64,000 nucleotides of DNA from an uncultured Phycisphaerales bacterium (GCA_963758525.1 CAVWVQ010000003.1:1280001-1344000); one strand, 5' to 3'; shown: positions 29,143-38,180, numbered from the stretch's first letter. Translations and numbers: made by a program. Notes: generated by a model not told the origin, from the sequence alone.

Positions 29143-29640
29143 TCACTCCCCTCGCTGCATCGCCTTGCGATATGCGGACTTGGTCATCTGGCCGGTCAGG
29201 AACTTGTACGAAGCGGCGTAGCGGATGACGCGATGCGAATCCTTTCGGGATTTCGAACCGCGAAAGGTCACACGCCGCAGGTCGGCGTTGTCCATCAGGT
29301 CGGCGATCTTGACCGCGCGGGCCAGCGGGTCGGGCTTGAGCCGGATCACATAGTCCGCGTAAGTCGTTCCGTCTCGATGAGTTAACAGTCGCACGGCCCG
29401 CACGATGCGGGCCGGGATGCCGGCGGAGCGCAGGTCTTTCTCGGTCAACGTCCCGCGCTCCAGCACGTCGTGGAGAATGGCGGTGACGCGGAGATCAGGC
29501 TCCTGATCCGCGTCGTCGGCCTGCGAGACCCGCAACAGCACGCGCATGGGATGAACGATGTAGGGCTCTCCCGGCGGATCTTCTGAATCGCGATGGGCTT
29601 TCACCGCCAGTTCGATCGCCTTCTGCAGCAACGATGCCAT
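29143..29640 (-). CDS. Small HD-domain phosphohydrolase (Mesh1 / alarmone-hydrolase-like)
   Basis: A..AH, PYIVHP, AILHDVLE, V..LT, VKIADLMDN. Confidence 0.82.
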   Translation of the reverse strand: MASLLQKAIELAVKAHRDSEDPPGEPYIVHPMRVLLRVSQADDADQEPDLRVTAILHDVLERGTLTEKDLRSAGIPARIVRAVRLLTHRDGTTYADYVIRLKPDPLARAVKIADLMDNADLRRVTFRGSKSRKDSHRVIRYAASYKFLTGQMTKSAYRKAMQRGE

Positions 29641-29641
29641 C

Positions 29642-30637
29642 TCAACTCCTGGATTCCGGTTGGCCGGCCGATATTTTGTAAAGCATGCCAGTCACTTCCA
29701 GTGCCGCCTTGGCATCGGCCAAGCCGCTGAGCGGCTCGATCCCCTGATCGATGCACTGGCGGAAATGCTCGAACTCGCGGCTCCACGAAACGTCCTCGGC
29801 GGGAAAACTGAACTCCGTCACCTCCGGCGGGCCCATCTGCGGCAGCATTCGGTAGTACGTGAGACGCTCGGGGCCATAGGAGCCGCCGAGGCCGTCGATC
29901 TGGAGCTTTCCGGTTTTTCCGTAGATTTCGAGGCTGAACAGGTTCTTCCATTCGGTGCAGCTTGCGTGGAGCCACGCGACCTGGCCCGCGGCGGTTTTGA
30001 GCAGGGCGAAGCCGTTGTCTTCCACGCTCCAATTCCAGAAGTAATTGGCAACCTCACCGGTGACGGAAACGAACTCGCCGAGAAACCACCGGGCGAGGTC
30101 GATCAGATGAACGCCCTGATCCAGCATTTCTCCCCCGCCGGAGAGGGCGGGATTGCCGCGCCATTCTGTTTCCATTCCGAGACGGCCGCCATGGCCGTAT
30201 CGGGCGCGGAGGAACATGAGGGGACCGACGGCGCCGTCGTCGACCAGCATTCTTGCGCGCTCGATCGCGGGATGGAATCGGAGGTTGAATCCCACCTTCA
30301 CGATCCGGCCGGTCTTCTGTTGCGCCGCGATCACCGGCGTCAGTTCGTCCGCGCTCTGCGCGGCGGGCTTCTCGACGAGCACATGCTTGCCCGCCTCCAG
30401 CGCCGCGAGCGTGATCGGAGCGAGCATGTCATTGGTCGTGGAAACGATGACGGCATCGACATCATCGCGCAGCGCCTGCCGCCAGTCGCCGGTCGCGGCG
30501 CAACCCGAATAGCTGCCCGCGAGCTTTTGTGCGCGCTCGTGCAGCACGTCCGCAACAACGATCAACTGATCGTCCGCCGAGAGCGATTTGGCTCGCCTGG
30601 CTCCGATCACTCCGCAACCAATGATGGCTATTCGCAT
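29642..30637 (-). CDS. Gfo/Idh/MocA oxidoreductase
   Basis: IIGCGVIG, HVLVEKP, GFNLRFHP, LDQGVHLID. Confidence 0.93.
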   Translation of the reverse strand: MRIAIIGCGVIGARRAKSLSADDQLIVVADVLHERAQKLAGSYSGCAATGDWRQALRDDVDAVIVSTTNDMLAPITLAALEAGKHVLVEKPAAQSADELTPVIAAQQKTGRIVKVGFNLRFHPAIERARMLVDDGAVGPLMFLRARYGHGGRLGMETEWRGNPALSGGGEMLDQGVHLIDLARWFLGEFVSVTGEVANYFWNWSVEDNGFALLKTAAGQVAWLHASCTEWKNLFSLEIYGKTGKLQIDGLGGSYGPERLTYYRMLPQMGPPEVTEFSFPAEDVSWSREFEHFRQCIDQGIEPLSGLADAKAALEVTGMLYKISAGQPESRS

Positions 30638-30752
30638 GAGAAGATTTAAATGAGAAGGGCGCGGGTGGTGGGGTGCGCCACCAAATGCGCCGGCAGTCTG
30701 AGGATTCGCCGCCAGATCACGCCCGGTAGGAAATACGGCCGAGGGATAAGAG

Positions 30753-31190
30753 AATGGCCACAAAAAGCACAAGAAACACAAAGGAAAGGTGGAATGTTCC
30801 CGTGGTGCTGGGGCGAACCGATGGACGCGATCCCCGGTGCGGCTTTTTCTTTTTTGTGTCTTTTGTGCCTTTTCGCGGCCATCTCTCTTCTCCCCGGATC
30901 AGAAGAACGCATGGCCGGTACGCGAACCGACGCATCGATATCAACAGAAGGACGCCGGTTGCGTGGCGCACCCCGGCTGGTGCCGAGAGCGAGTCTTGAT
31001 TGTCGTCTTCTGCGAATCGGGAATTGCGTCCCCTGTGGCATGGGCGTCCCGCGCGTCCCGCCCCTGCTGGCTGCATCGGAGGTAAAACCAATCAAGATCG
31101 CCATATGCAATCCACGCTTTTCTTTCTGCCGCGCAACTAACACGGGCGAGACGCCCGTGCCACAGGGAGGTGGGACGCCCATGCCACGGG
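30753..31190. repeat. Intergenic cluster of two repeat families (CACAAAA/TTTTGTG inverted arrays; GTGGCATGGGCGTCCC / GGGACGCCCATGCCAC REPs)
   Basis: Arrays at 30753-30785 and 30850-30882; REP arms near 31035-31065 and 31141-31188. The REP family also occurs near 16783, 20565-20600, 25063-25090 and 27903. Confidence 0.8.
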
Positions 31191-31198
31191 GAAATGTT

Positions 31199-33907
31199 TC
31201 ATCTTGCGGAGCCTTCCTTGCATGCAGGGAGGGCGTCGAGGAATAGTTTTCCGTATCGTTTGGTGCGGACCCGGCTATCGAGGATCACGACGATTCCCTT
31301 GTCCGTCCGGCTGCGGATCAATCTCCCGAAACCCTGCTTCAGCTTGATGATTGCTTCGGGGACTGAATATTCCATGAAGGGGTTGCCGCCGTTCTTCTTG
31401 ATTGATTCGAGCCGTGCTTCGACCACGGGTTCATCCGGAACGGCAAAGGGGAGTTTGACGATAATCACATTGCGGAGGCGGTCCCCCTGCACGTCGATCC
31501 CCTGCCAGAAACTGCTGGTGCCGAAGAGAACGCCGTTTTCGCTGTCGCGAAACCGATCGAGGAGCGTGCCGCGCGGCGTGCCGTCTCCCTGGACCAGCAG
31601 ACGATAGCCGCGTGACTCGATACGCTGACGCAGCCGCTCGGCCGCTTCGCGGAGCATGGAGTAGCTCGTGAAGAGGACAAATGCCCCGCCGCTGGTGAGA
31701 TTCACGTACTGCATGATCTTCTCGCAAGCCGCGGGCAAAAAGCGCAGCGTATCGCTGGGTTCGGGAAGATCTGTTTCGAGATAGAGCGTCGCCTGCGAGG
31801 CATAGTCGAAAGGCGATCCCAGTTGCAGCGTCTGCGTTGATTCGATGCCAAGGCGAGCTTGGATGTAGGCGAACGCCGGGTCCGTACCACGGGTTTCCAA
31901 CCCGTGCGAGTGGCTCGGTTCCCCCGTACCACGGGTTTCCAACCCGTGCGAGCCGCGTGGCACTGCCGAATCCCCCATTATCAAATCCAACGCTTTCTGA
32001 TTCACCCCCCTCCAAATCCAGTCATTCAACCCGCTCTTTTCCGGATTCCCGATCGCGTATTCCACCGCATGTATAAGGTCCTTCTCGTCGCGAACAAGAT
32101 GGTCGTAGTACTCGGTCAGCCAGTATTCTCCACTTCGGTTGAGCAGCTTGTTTGCTGCTCGCGCCGTCCAGAGTTTCCAGGAATGAAGAACCGCGTGCAG
32201 TTCGACGCCCCGCAGCGGCTGCAGCACCACATGGACGTGATTCGGCATGATGCACCATGCCAACAGCCTATACCGCTCGCCATCGAAGTGCTTCAGCGCA
32301 TTCTCCACCATCTCCGCAATTTCAGGCTCGCCAAGTGTGCATGAGCCATGGCCGGCGTCGAGATACGACTCGACCCGATCGGAGTACAGGTATTCCAATC
32401 GCTTTAGCTCGTCGGCAGATAGCGGCCGTCTTTGATCACGCGCCGTCTCGATAATGGCTTGGCGCTCAGTACGCCAGCTCTTGAGAACTTCGGCTGGCAG
32501 GGAATCCGCAAGGCGAAAACATACTGCATAAATCGACCCGTTCTTTGTCCAGTGCGGGAGACGGGCGCCCTGGCGGACCTGAAGATTACTTTTACTCGGC
32601 GCCGTTCGCACGGGTTGGAAACCCGTGGTACGCGAGGTGCAGAGGGTTGCGCTGGTGAGCACCACGCTCTTCACCTTCTCGAACAGATGCGTCTTGAGGC
32701 CCGAGGCGATGCTCACGGGGGCGGCGTGAAGCGCGAGCTTGCGCGACGGACCTTTGGACAGGTCCATCCAATACACCGTGTCATCCACGGCCTGGCTCAT
32801 GATGGCTTCAAGCATGGCGGCGGTATTGGCGATTTTGTCGGCCGTGCTGCTCAGCTCGGAAATCTCGGCGTCTTCCGTCAGCGATGGCAGCATCGCCTTG
32901 AGATGGAGCGAAAGATTGCGCAGTTTCGGGGAGAGGTCGTTTTCGACCACGTGCGGCTGATCGATCCGGCCGTTGCCGCGGCCCTGCTCGCGCTGCCAAT
33001 CGGCGCAGCGGTCGAAAAAGGCGTCGGTCAGAATGTGCAGTTCTTCCACGTCGCGGATCGCGTCGTTGGCGGCCGAAGCGTGCGTGCTGAGCATCCCCTT
33101 GCCGCGTTTGGGATCGTGAAGCATGCGGAGCTGATATCGCATGCCGTTCTCGGTGATGTTCATTCCAAAGTGACTGGCGGCGACGTCTTCGATGGTGTGG
33201 CCTTCATCGAAAATCACGGCGTCGTACTTTGGCAGATAGTTGATGCCCGCCATGCGCAGCGCCAGATCGGAGAAGAACAGCGCGTGATTGACGATGAGAA
33301 TCGTTCCGTTTTGCATGCGGCGTTTGGCTGCCTGCCAGAAGCATTCGTTGTAGTAATTGCACTTCTTGCCGAGGCAGTTTCCATGTTCCGCGCAGACGCG
33401 GTCCCACACGCCCGGCTCGGGCTCGACGGGCAAATCAGATCGTGACCCGTCGCGGGTTTCGGTGGCCCATTTCTCGATATCCCACAGCGACTCGAGCTGC
33501 CGTTGCTGTTCGAACAGCGACCCCTGCCGCGCGCGTGTCTGTTCCAGTCGCCGCTGGCAGAGATAGTTGCCGCGCCCCTTCACCAGCACGGCGGTAAATT
33601 CGTCGGGATAGACCGCCTGCAGGAGCGGGATGTCTTTCTGGATTAACTGTTCCTGCAAAGCGATGGTGTGGGTCGAGATGACGATGCGCTTTTGTTTGCG
33701 CACGGCGAAGTCGATCGCCGGCAGGAGATATGCGAAGGACTTGCCGACGCCGGTGCCCGCCTCGACGAGCAGATGATGTTCGTCGGTCAGCGCGCGCTCG
33801 ACAGCCTCGGCCATCTCCAATTGCTGCGGGCGAAACTCGTAACGCTCGCCAAGCCGGCGCGCGACGGCGCCATCGGGGGCGAGAATTGATTCCAGCGCGG
33901 AGGACAT
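31199..33907 (-). CDS. dinG: DinG/YoaA-family Fe-S helicase interrupted in frame by a RAYT transposase domain
   Basis: RPQQ, EAGTGVGKS, KGRGNYLC plus Cys cluster, NHALF, DEGH, LTSATL, LFTSY, FWQGIDV, KLPF, KQGFGRLIR. Confidence 0.95.
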   Translation of the reverse strand: MSSALESILAPDGAVARRLGERYEFRPQQLEMAEAVERALTDEHHLLVEAGTGVGKSFAYLLPAIDFAVRKQKRIVISTHTIALQEQLIQKDIPLLQAVYPDEFTAVLVKGRGNYLCQRRLEQTRARQGSLFEQQRQLESLWDIEKWATETRDGSRSDLPVEPEPGVWDRVCAEHGNCLGKKCNYYNECFWQAAKRRMQNGTILIVNHALFFSDLALRMAGINYLPKYDAVIFDEGHTIEDVAASHFGMNITENGMRYQLRMLHDPKRGKGMLSTHASAANDAIRDVEELHILTDAFFDRCADWQREQGRGNGRIDQPHVVENDLSPKLRNLSLHLKAMLPSLTEDAEISELSSTADKIANTAAMLEAIMSQAVDDTVYWMDLSKGPSRKLALHAAPVSIASGLKTHLFEKVKSVVLTSATLCTSRTTGFQPVRTAPSKSNLQVRQGARLPHWTKNGSIYAVCFRLADSLPAEVLKSWRTERQAIIETARDQRRPLSADELKRLEYLYSDRVESYLDAGHGSCTLGEPEIAEMVENALKHFDGERYRLLAWCIMPNHVHVVLQPLRGVELHAVLHSWKLWTARAANKLLNRSGEYWLTEYYDHLVRDEKDLIHAVEYAIGNPEKSGLNDWIWRGVNQKALDLIMGDSAVPRGSHGLETRGTGEPSHSHGLETRGTDPAFAYIQARLGIESTQTLQLGSPFDYASQATLYLETDLPEPSDTLRFLPAACEKIMQYVNLTSGGAFVLFTSYSMLREAAERLRQRIESRGYRLLVQGDGTPRGTLLDRFRDSENGVLFGTSSFWQGIDVQGDRLRNVIIVKLPFAVPDEPVVEARLESIKKNGGNPFMEYSVPEAIIKLKQGFGRLIRSRTDKGIVVILDSRVRTKRYGKLFLDALPACKEGSAR
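31883..32632 (-). mobile_element. REP-bounded RAYT (Y1 HUH transposase) cassette inside dinG
   Basis: RLPHW...Y.V.FRLADSLP, MPNHVH (HUH), HSWK..TAR, W..EYYDH.VR, EY..GNP; 27-bp perfect inverted REPs at both ends plus a third REP at 31925-31951. Confidence 0.92.
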
Positions 33908-33926
33908 TGAGGCATCTTAGCGAGCG

Positions 33927-34203
33927 AGGGTTCAGGGTGTCAGGGGTCAGGGTGTCAGGGTTCAGGGTTCAGGGTGTCAGGGGTCAGGGGGTCAGGGGGT
34001 CAGGGGGTCAGGGGGTCAGGGGGTCAGGGGGTCAGGGGGTCAGGGGGTCAGGGGGTCAGGGATTCGAGTTCCGAACAACTATTGCGACCCGCAATGCGGG
34101 GCTGTCGTTCGCGCAGCGTACTTCAACACCCGGTCCCGCGACTCTTCCTGAACCCTGAACCCTGAACCCTGAACCCTGAACCCTGAACCCCGAACCCTGA
34201 CCC
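33927..34203. repeat. GGTTCAG heptamer and GGGGGTCA octamer array with an inverted CTGAACC array
   Basis: G-rich tandem array at 33927-34060 and C-rich array at 34148-34203. Confidence 0.9.
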
Positions 34204-34205
34204 CT

Positions 34206-34867
34206 CTAACGTCCAATCTCTTCCTTCCACAAATGCGGATGGGCGGCAATGAAATCCTTCATGATGCGAATGCATTGCGAATCGTGGAGGTCGACGACTT
34301 GCACTCCGTGGGATTTGAGGAATTCGGGATCGCCGGCGAAATTTTCCGATTCTCCGACGACGATCCTGGGCACGCCAAACTGAACTGCGGCGCCGCTGCA
34401 AAGGTGACAGGGCATCAGCGTGGAGTAGAGCACGGTGTCCTTATAGGTCTTCTGCCGGCCGGCGCGCGTCAAACAGTCGATCTCGGCGTGAGCCATCGGA
34501 TCATTGTTCTGCACGCGACGATTATGGCCGCGGGCGATGACCTGCCCGTCCCGCACCAGCACCGATCCAATCGGCACGCCGCCCTCGGACAAACTGAGGT
34601 TGGCCTCTTCCAGGGCGGCGAGCATAAACGGGTCCGGCGCGGCGCCGGGTTTGAGGGCGGCGAGGTCGCCGACATCTTTGGGCGCCAATTCGGCCGCCGA
34701 TTTGGTCTCCTTTTGAATCTGCTGATAGACCTCCTTGCGATGGACGGGCACCTTGCGGGCGCGCTGATGCCGAGGCGCACTTTTTCGCCGCGCACATCGA
34801 CTACGGTGACTTCAATTTCGTCACCGATCATAATGGTCTGGTCGCGCGTGCGGGCGAGCACAAGCAT
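34206..34867 (-). CDS. csrA: CsrA-domain / cytosine-deaminase-domain fusion protein; apparent 1-nt deletion near 34755
   Basis: MLVLARTRDQTIMIGDEIEVTVVDVRGEKVRLGISAP, then after the shift KVPVHRKEVYQQIQKE, running without a stop into GGVPIG, GHNRRVQ, HAE and PCHLC. Confidence 0.8.
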
Positions 34868-34923
34868 GGAGTTGCCTCGATTCAATGAAACTACTGAAAT
34901 GATAGGCGCTTGGATGGGTTCGG

Positions 34924-35627
34924 TCAGGCGAGGGGACGCCCTTTCTGCTGCGACGGCGGGCGGGGGTACTTGTCGGAAGTGTCCCGGCGTTTGGGGATCT
35001 CGACGATCACATGCTGCTCCGCGCCGCTCAGCATCACCGGATGAATCTTCACGTCGCCGCCGCCCAGCAGGCGGATGATGCGCTGTGCGCCGGGGAGTTC
35101 GTCGGCCACCTTTGGGCCTTTCATTGCCAGCATCTTGCCTCCGGTTTTGACCAGGGGCAGGCAATACTCCGCGAGAAAATCGAGTGTGGCGACGGCACGG
35201 GCGACAACCACGTCAAACGCGCCGCGGTGCTTCGTGCGGGCGACGTCTTCGGCGCGTTGATCGCTGATGCTGACGTTGGTCAATACCAGCTCCGCGACCG
35301 CGCGCTGCAGAAACGCGGCTTTTTTGCGGGTGGATTCGATCAGGAACACGTGCGCATCCGGCCGGGCGATCGCCAACGGAATGCCGGGAACGCCTCCGCC
35401 GGTCCCCACGTCCGCCAGGCGAAAATCGCCTTGCGGCAGCAGCGGAAGCAGCGTGAGCGAATCAGCAACATGCTGCAGTTCGGCAGCGGCGCGGTCGGTG
35501 ATCCGCGTGAGATTCATCGTCTCGTTGGCGGCAAGAAGGAGGTCGAGATAGCGCCCAGACGCTCGTGCTGCGAGGCATCCAAGGTGCGGCCGGCATTGGC
35601 GGCCAGGGCCGTCCATTGGTCGTTCAT
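34924..35627 (-). CDS. rsmG: 16S rRNA m7G527 methyltransferase; apparent 1-nt deletion near 35553
   Basis: [45 protein letters not shown] overlaps the thiG stop (ATGA). Confidence 0.93.
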
Positions 35628-36442
35628 TCGCCGGGAATATAGCTGATGACGCCGGCGAAGGGCGAGCTTGCGGTCGCGTATCGCTTGCGGGGAATGCGAC
35701 CGGCTTCGTATGCCAGCCGGCCGGACTCGAGCGCATGGCGCATCGCATGGGCCATCTTGACGGGATCTTTCGCATGGGCGATGCCGGTGTTCAACAAGAC
35801 GCCATCAGCGCCCAATTCCATTGCGATGGTCACGTCGCTGGCGGTGCCAACGCCCGCATCAACGATCACCGGATACGTGGGATCGTTTTCCTTGAGCGTC
35901 TCCAGGCACAGCGAAATGTTGAGGGGATTGAGCACGCCCTGCCCCGAGCCGATGGGGCTTCCGGCCGGCATTACGCATGCCGCGCCGGCTTCCTTCAGCC
36001 GCCGGGCGGCAATCGGATCGTCGCTGGTGTAACAGAGAACGGTAAAGCCTTCCTTCACCAGCTCGCGCGTGGCTTCCAGCGTGCCGAGCGGATCGGGGAG
36101 AAGTGTTTTTTTGTCGCCGAGCACTTCCAGCTTCACCCATCCCGCGCCCGGATTCTTTTGCTTTTCCAGCAGGTCGCGGCCCAGGAGCGAGACGCGCACC
36201 GCATCCTCCGCGTTGAAGCAGCCGGCGGTGTTGGGGAGAATGACGTAGCGGTCGAGATCGAGAAACTCCAGCAGACTGCGCCCTTCCTTGTCCACCAGCC
36301 GCTCGCGGCGCACCGCCACCGTCACGACCTGCGCACCGCTGGCGTCCAGCGCCTGCCGCATGACTTCATAGTCGGCGTACTTCCCCGTTCCGACGACGAG
36401 CCGGCTTTTGACCTCGAATTTTCCAATCTTCAACACGTTCAT
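35624..36442 (-). CDS. thiG: Thiazole synthase
   Basis: [48 protein letters not shown]. Confidence 0.97.
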   Translation of the reverse strand: MNVLKIGKFEVKSRLVVGTGKYADYEVMRQALDASGAQVVTVAVRRERLVDKEGRSLLEFLDLDRYVILPNTAGCFNAEDAVRVSLLGRDLLEKQKNPGAGWVKLEVLGDKKTLLPDPLGTLEATRELVKEGFTVLCYTSDDPIAARRLKEAGAACVMPAGSPIGSGQGVLNPLNISLCLETLKENDPTYPVIVDAGVGTASDVTIAMELGADGVLLNTGIAHAKDPVKMAHAMRHALESGRLAYEAGRIPRKRYATASSPFAGVISYIPGE

Positions 36443-36451
36443 GACGATGGC

Positions 36452-36649
36452 TCATCCTCCGCCCACGAAGGTCACAATCTCCACCTGATCGCCATTGTGC
36501 AACGGCGTGTCATATTTCTCCGAGCGGAGCAGCCGACGATTCAGCTCGATGGCGACCTTGTCGACGGTGAGATTGTAGCGTGCCACCAGCGCGCGGACAG
36601 TCTCGCCGTCGGGGATGTCGCGGGTATCGCCATTGACGGTGATTTGCAT
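36452..36649 (-). CDS. thiS: Sulfur carrier protein ThiS
   Basis: MQITVNG...VAIELN...EIVTFVGGG with the C-terminal GG; adjacent to thiG. Confidence 0.96.
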   Translation of the reverse strand: MQITVNGDTRDIPDGETVRALVARYNLTVDKVAIELNRRLLRSEKYDTPLHNGDQVEIVTFVGGG

Positions 36650-36815
36650 GGTCGCGGGTATTTTAGTCGCGCGAAGCGGATTCTTCACCCCGAAGAAGCG
36701 GGGAGCGTGGAGTGCTGCGAGGAACGTGCGCCCGATTCTTTCCCCCTCCCCTGGTATTCCGGGGGAGGATTGGGGTGGGGGCTCGCTCGGGCACGCCCGC
36801 TGCGTGCGATCGGCG

Positions 36816-36950
36816 AATGCCCCGGCGACAAGTCGCTCGGCTCCGCGCTGGCGCGAATCGATGAGCCCGCGCGATGAAATGCGCCTATTTGTCCAAGGGG
36901 GTGTGGGATTTCGCGCCAGCGCGGAGCCGAGCGACTTGTCGCCGGGCATT
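36816..36950. repeat. Inverted repeat with arms of about 42 bp upstream of thiS
   Basis: aatgccccggcgacaagtcgctcggctccgcgctggcgcgaa and its near-perfect reverse complement at 36910-36950. Confidence 0.85.
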
Positions 36951-36984
36951 TTGGATTGCGGAAGCGGACGGGATATATCCCGCT

Positions 36985-37704
36985 CTACTTTGCGGACGTC
37001 TTCTGCGGAAGCAGCTCGCTGTAGATTCCGCGAACCTTTTCTGAAGTGATATTCAGTCCGCCGCTGGTTTCGAGGGTGATGGTGTAGAGGTATCCGGGCT
37101 GGAAAGGCCGCCAGACTCCTTCCCCCTGGGCCACGCGAACGCCCATCGACCCGCGGTAGGCAGGGTCGTCGGCCAGCCGCCAGAAGTCGCTCCAGAGCTG
37201 GGTTTCAAAATTGCTCACGCGAGCCTCGGCGCCGCGATAAGCGGGGGGAATCTGGCCGGGCTGGTCGATTTGGTTGGCGCTGTCGGGTGTTTGATGGTCG
37301 CCGTAAATGCGGGTGAAGAGCGCGACGCTGCGGCCGCGAAGAGCATCGTTCTGCTGCACGAATTTACCGTCGAATTTGACGACCATCGCGTCGATGTGCA
37401 CGACCTGCCCTTCGATATCGAATCGCCGTGCGGGCAACGGGTCGCCGCGGCGGTCGTACTCCACGAACAAAAGGGCGGTGCGGAGGACGCCCTGGGCATC
37501 GGCGGCTTGATCCGTCACCAGGACGTCGGCAACGCGACGTTCGCTGGTGAGCCGCGCCACGATCGACTGCAACTCGGCGGTTTTGTCCTTCTCCGCCTGC
37601 AACTGCGCTTCGACGCTGTGATGGGCCCGGTACAGCTGAAATGCAAACAGCAGCCCGACGAGCACGACGGGAAGAAAGACCAGTTTGCCAACGAAACGCC
37701 TCAC
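36985..37704 (-). CDS. Hypothetical membrane-anchored protein
   Basis: N-terminal TM helix, coiled coil and globular domain; start uncertain. Confidence 0.7.
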   Translation of the reverse strand: MRRFVGKLVFLPVVLVGLLFAFQLYRAHHSVEAQLQAEKDKTAELQSIVARLTSERRVADVLVTDQAADAQGVLRTALLFVEYDRRGDPLPARRFDIEGQVVHIDAMVVKFDGKFVQQNDALRGRSVALFTRIYGDHQTPDSANQIDQPGQIPPAYRGAEARVSNFETQLWSDFWRLADDPAYRGSMGVRVAQGEGVWRPFQPGYLYTITLETSGGLNITSEKVRGIYSELLPQKTSAK

Positions 37705-37766
37705 AACATGATCATCGGCACACGCGTCGGCGGCAGTCCAGCAAAGTGGCTGGCCAACGGCTTCAA

Positions 37767-37916
37767 TCAACTGACTTTATGGTGATGTTTATGATGGTGC
37801 TTGTGTTTGTGGTGGTGCTTCCCGGAAGTGGTCCCGCTCTTGTGGGCCGAAGCGGTGACGGGAAGCGCGCTGACGCCGATGACTGCCAGCAGAAGGATGC
37901 AGAAGAACCGAGGCAT
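37767..37916 (-). CDS. 49-aa signal-peptide-bearing His/Lys-rich peptide
   Basis: GGAG RBS; MPRFFCILLLAVIGVSALPVTASA followed by HKSGTTSGKHHHKHKHHHKHHHKVS. Confidence 0.65.
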   Translation of the reverse strand: MPRFFCILLLAVIGVSALPVTASAHKSGTTSGKHHHKHKHHHKHHHKVS

Positions 37917-38057
37917 GAAGTCTCCGTGAGAATTACGCTGCTTGCTAAATTTCGCCCAGAACAACTGAGCTGATGACGTGAACACCGGTAAATACGAGCG
38001 AGTTGCCGTTTTATTGCTCTGATTGCTGTCCGCGTTGAAAAAGGGGCATTTAACCTG

Positions 38058-38146
38058 GGTTAGCCGCGACGCGCAGCGGAGCGCGTATTCGAATGAGCAT
38101 CAGCGCCCGTGTCGAATACGCGCTCCGCTGCGCGTCGCGGCTAACC
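38058..38146. repeat. TTAGCCGCGACGCGCAGCGGAGCGCGTATTCG inverted doublet
   Basis: Perfect arms of about 34 bp; second doublet at 42685-42792 and a single arm at 734-757. Confidence 0.9.
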
Positions 38147-38180
38147 TCCGCTAACTCCATTTACATTGGGTCCTGCGCGG

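Noticed and set aside
31883..32632. Intein in DinG
   Set aside because: No terminal His-Asn followed by Cys/Ser/Thr and no Hint or LAGLIDADG motifs; the insert is a RAYT domain.
36650..36985. TPP riboswitch upstream of thiS
   Set aside because: Conserved core motifs not found by eye.
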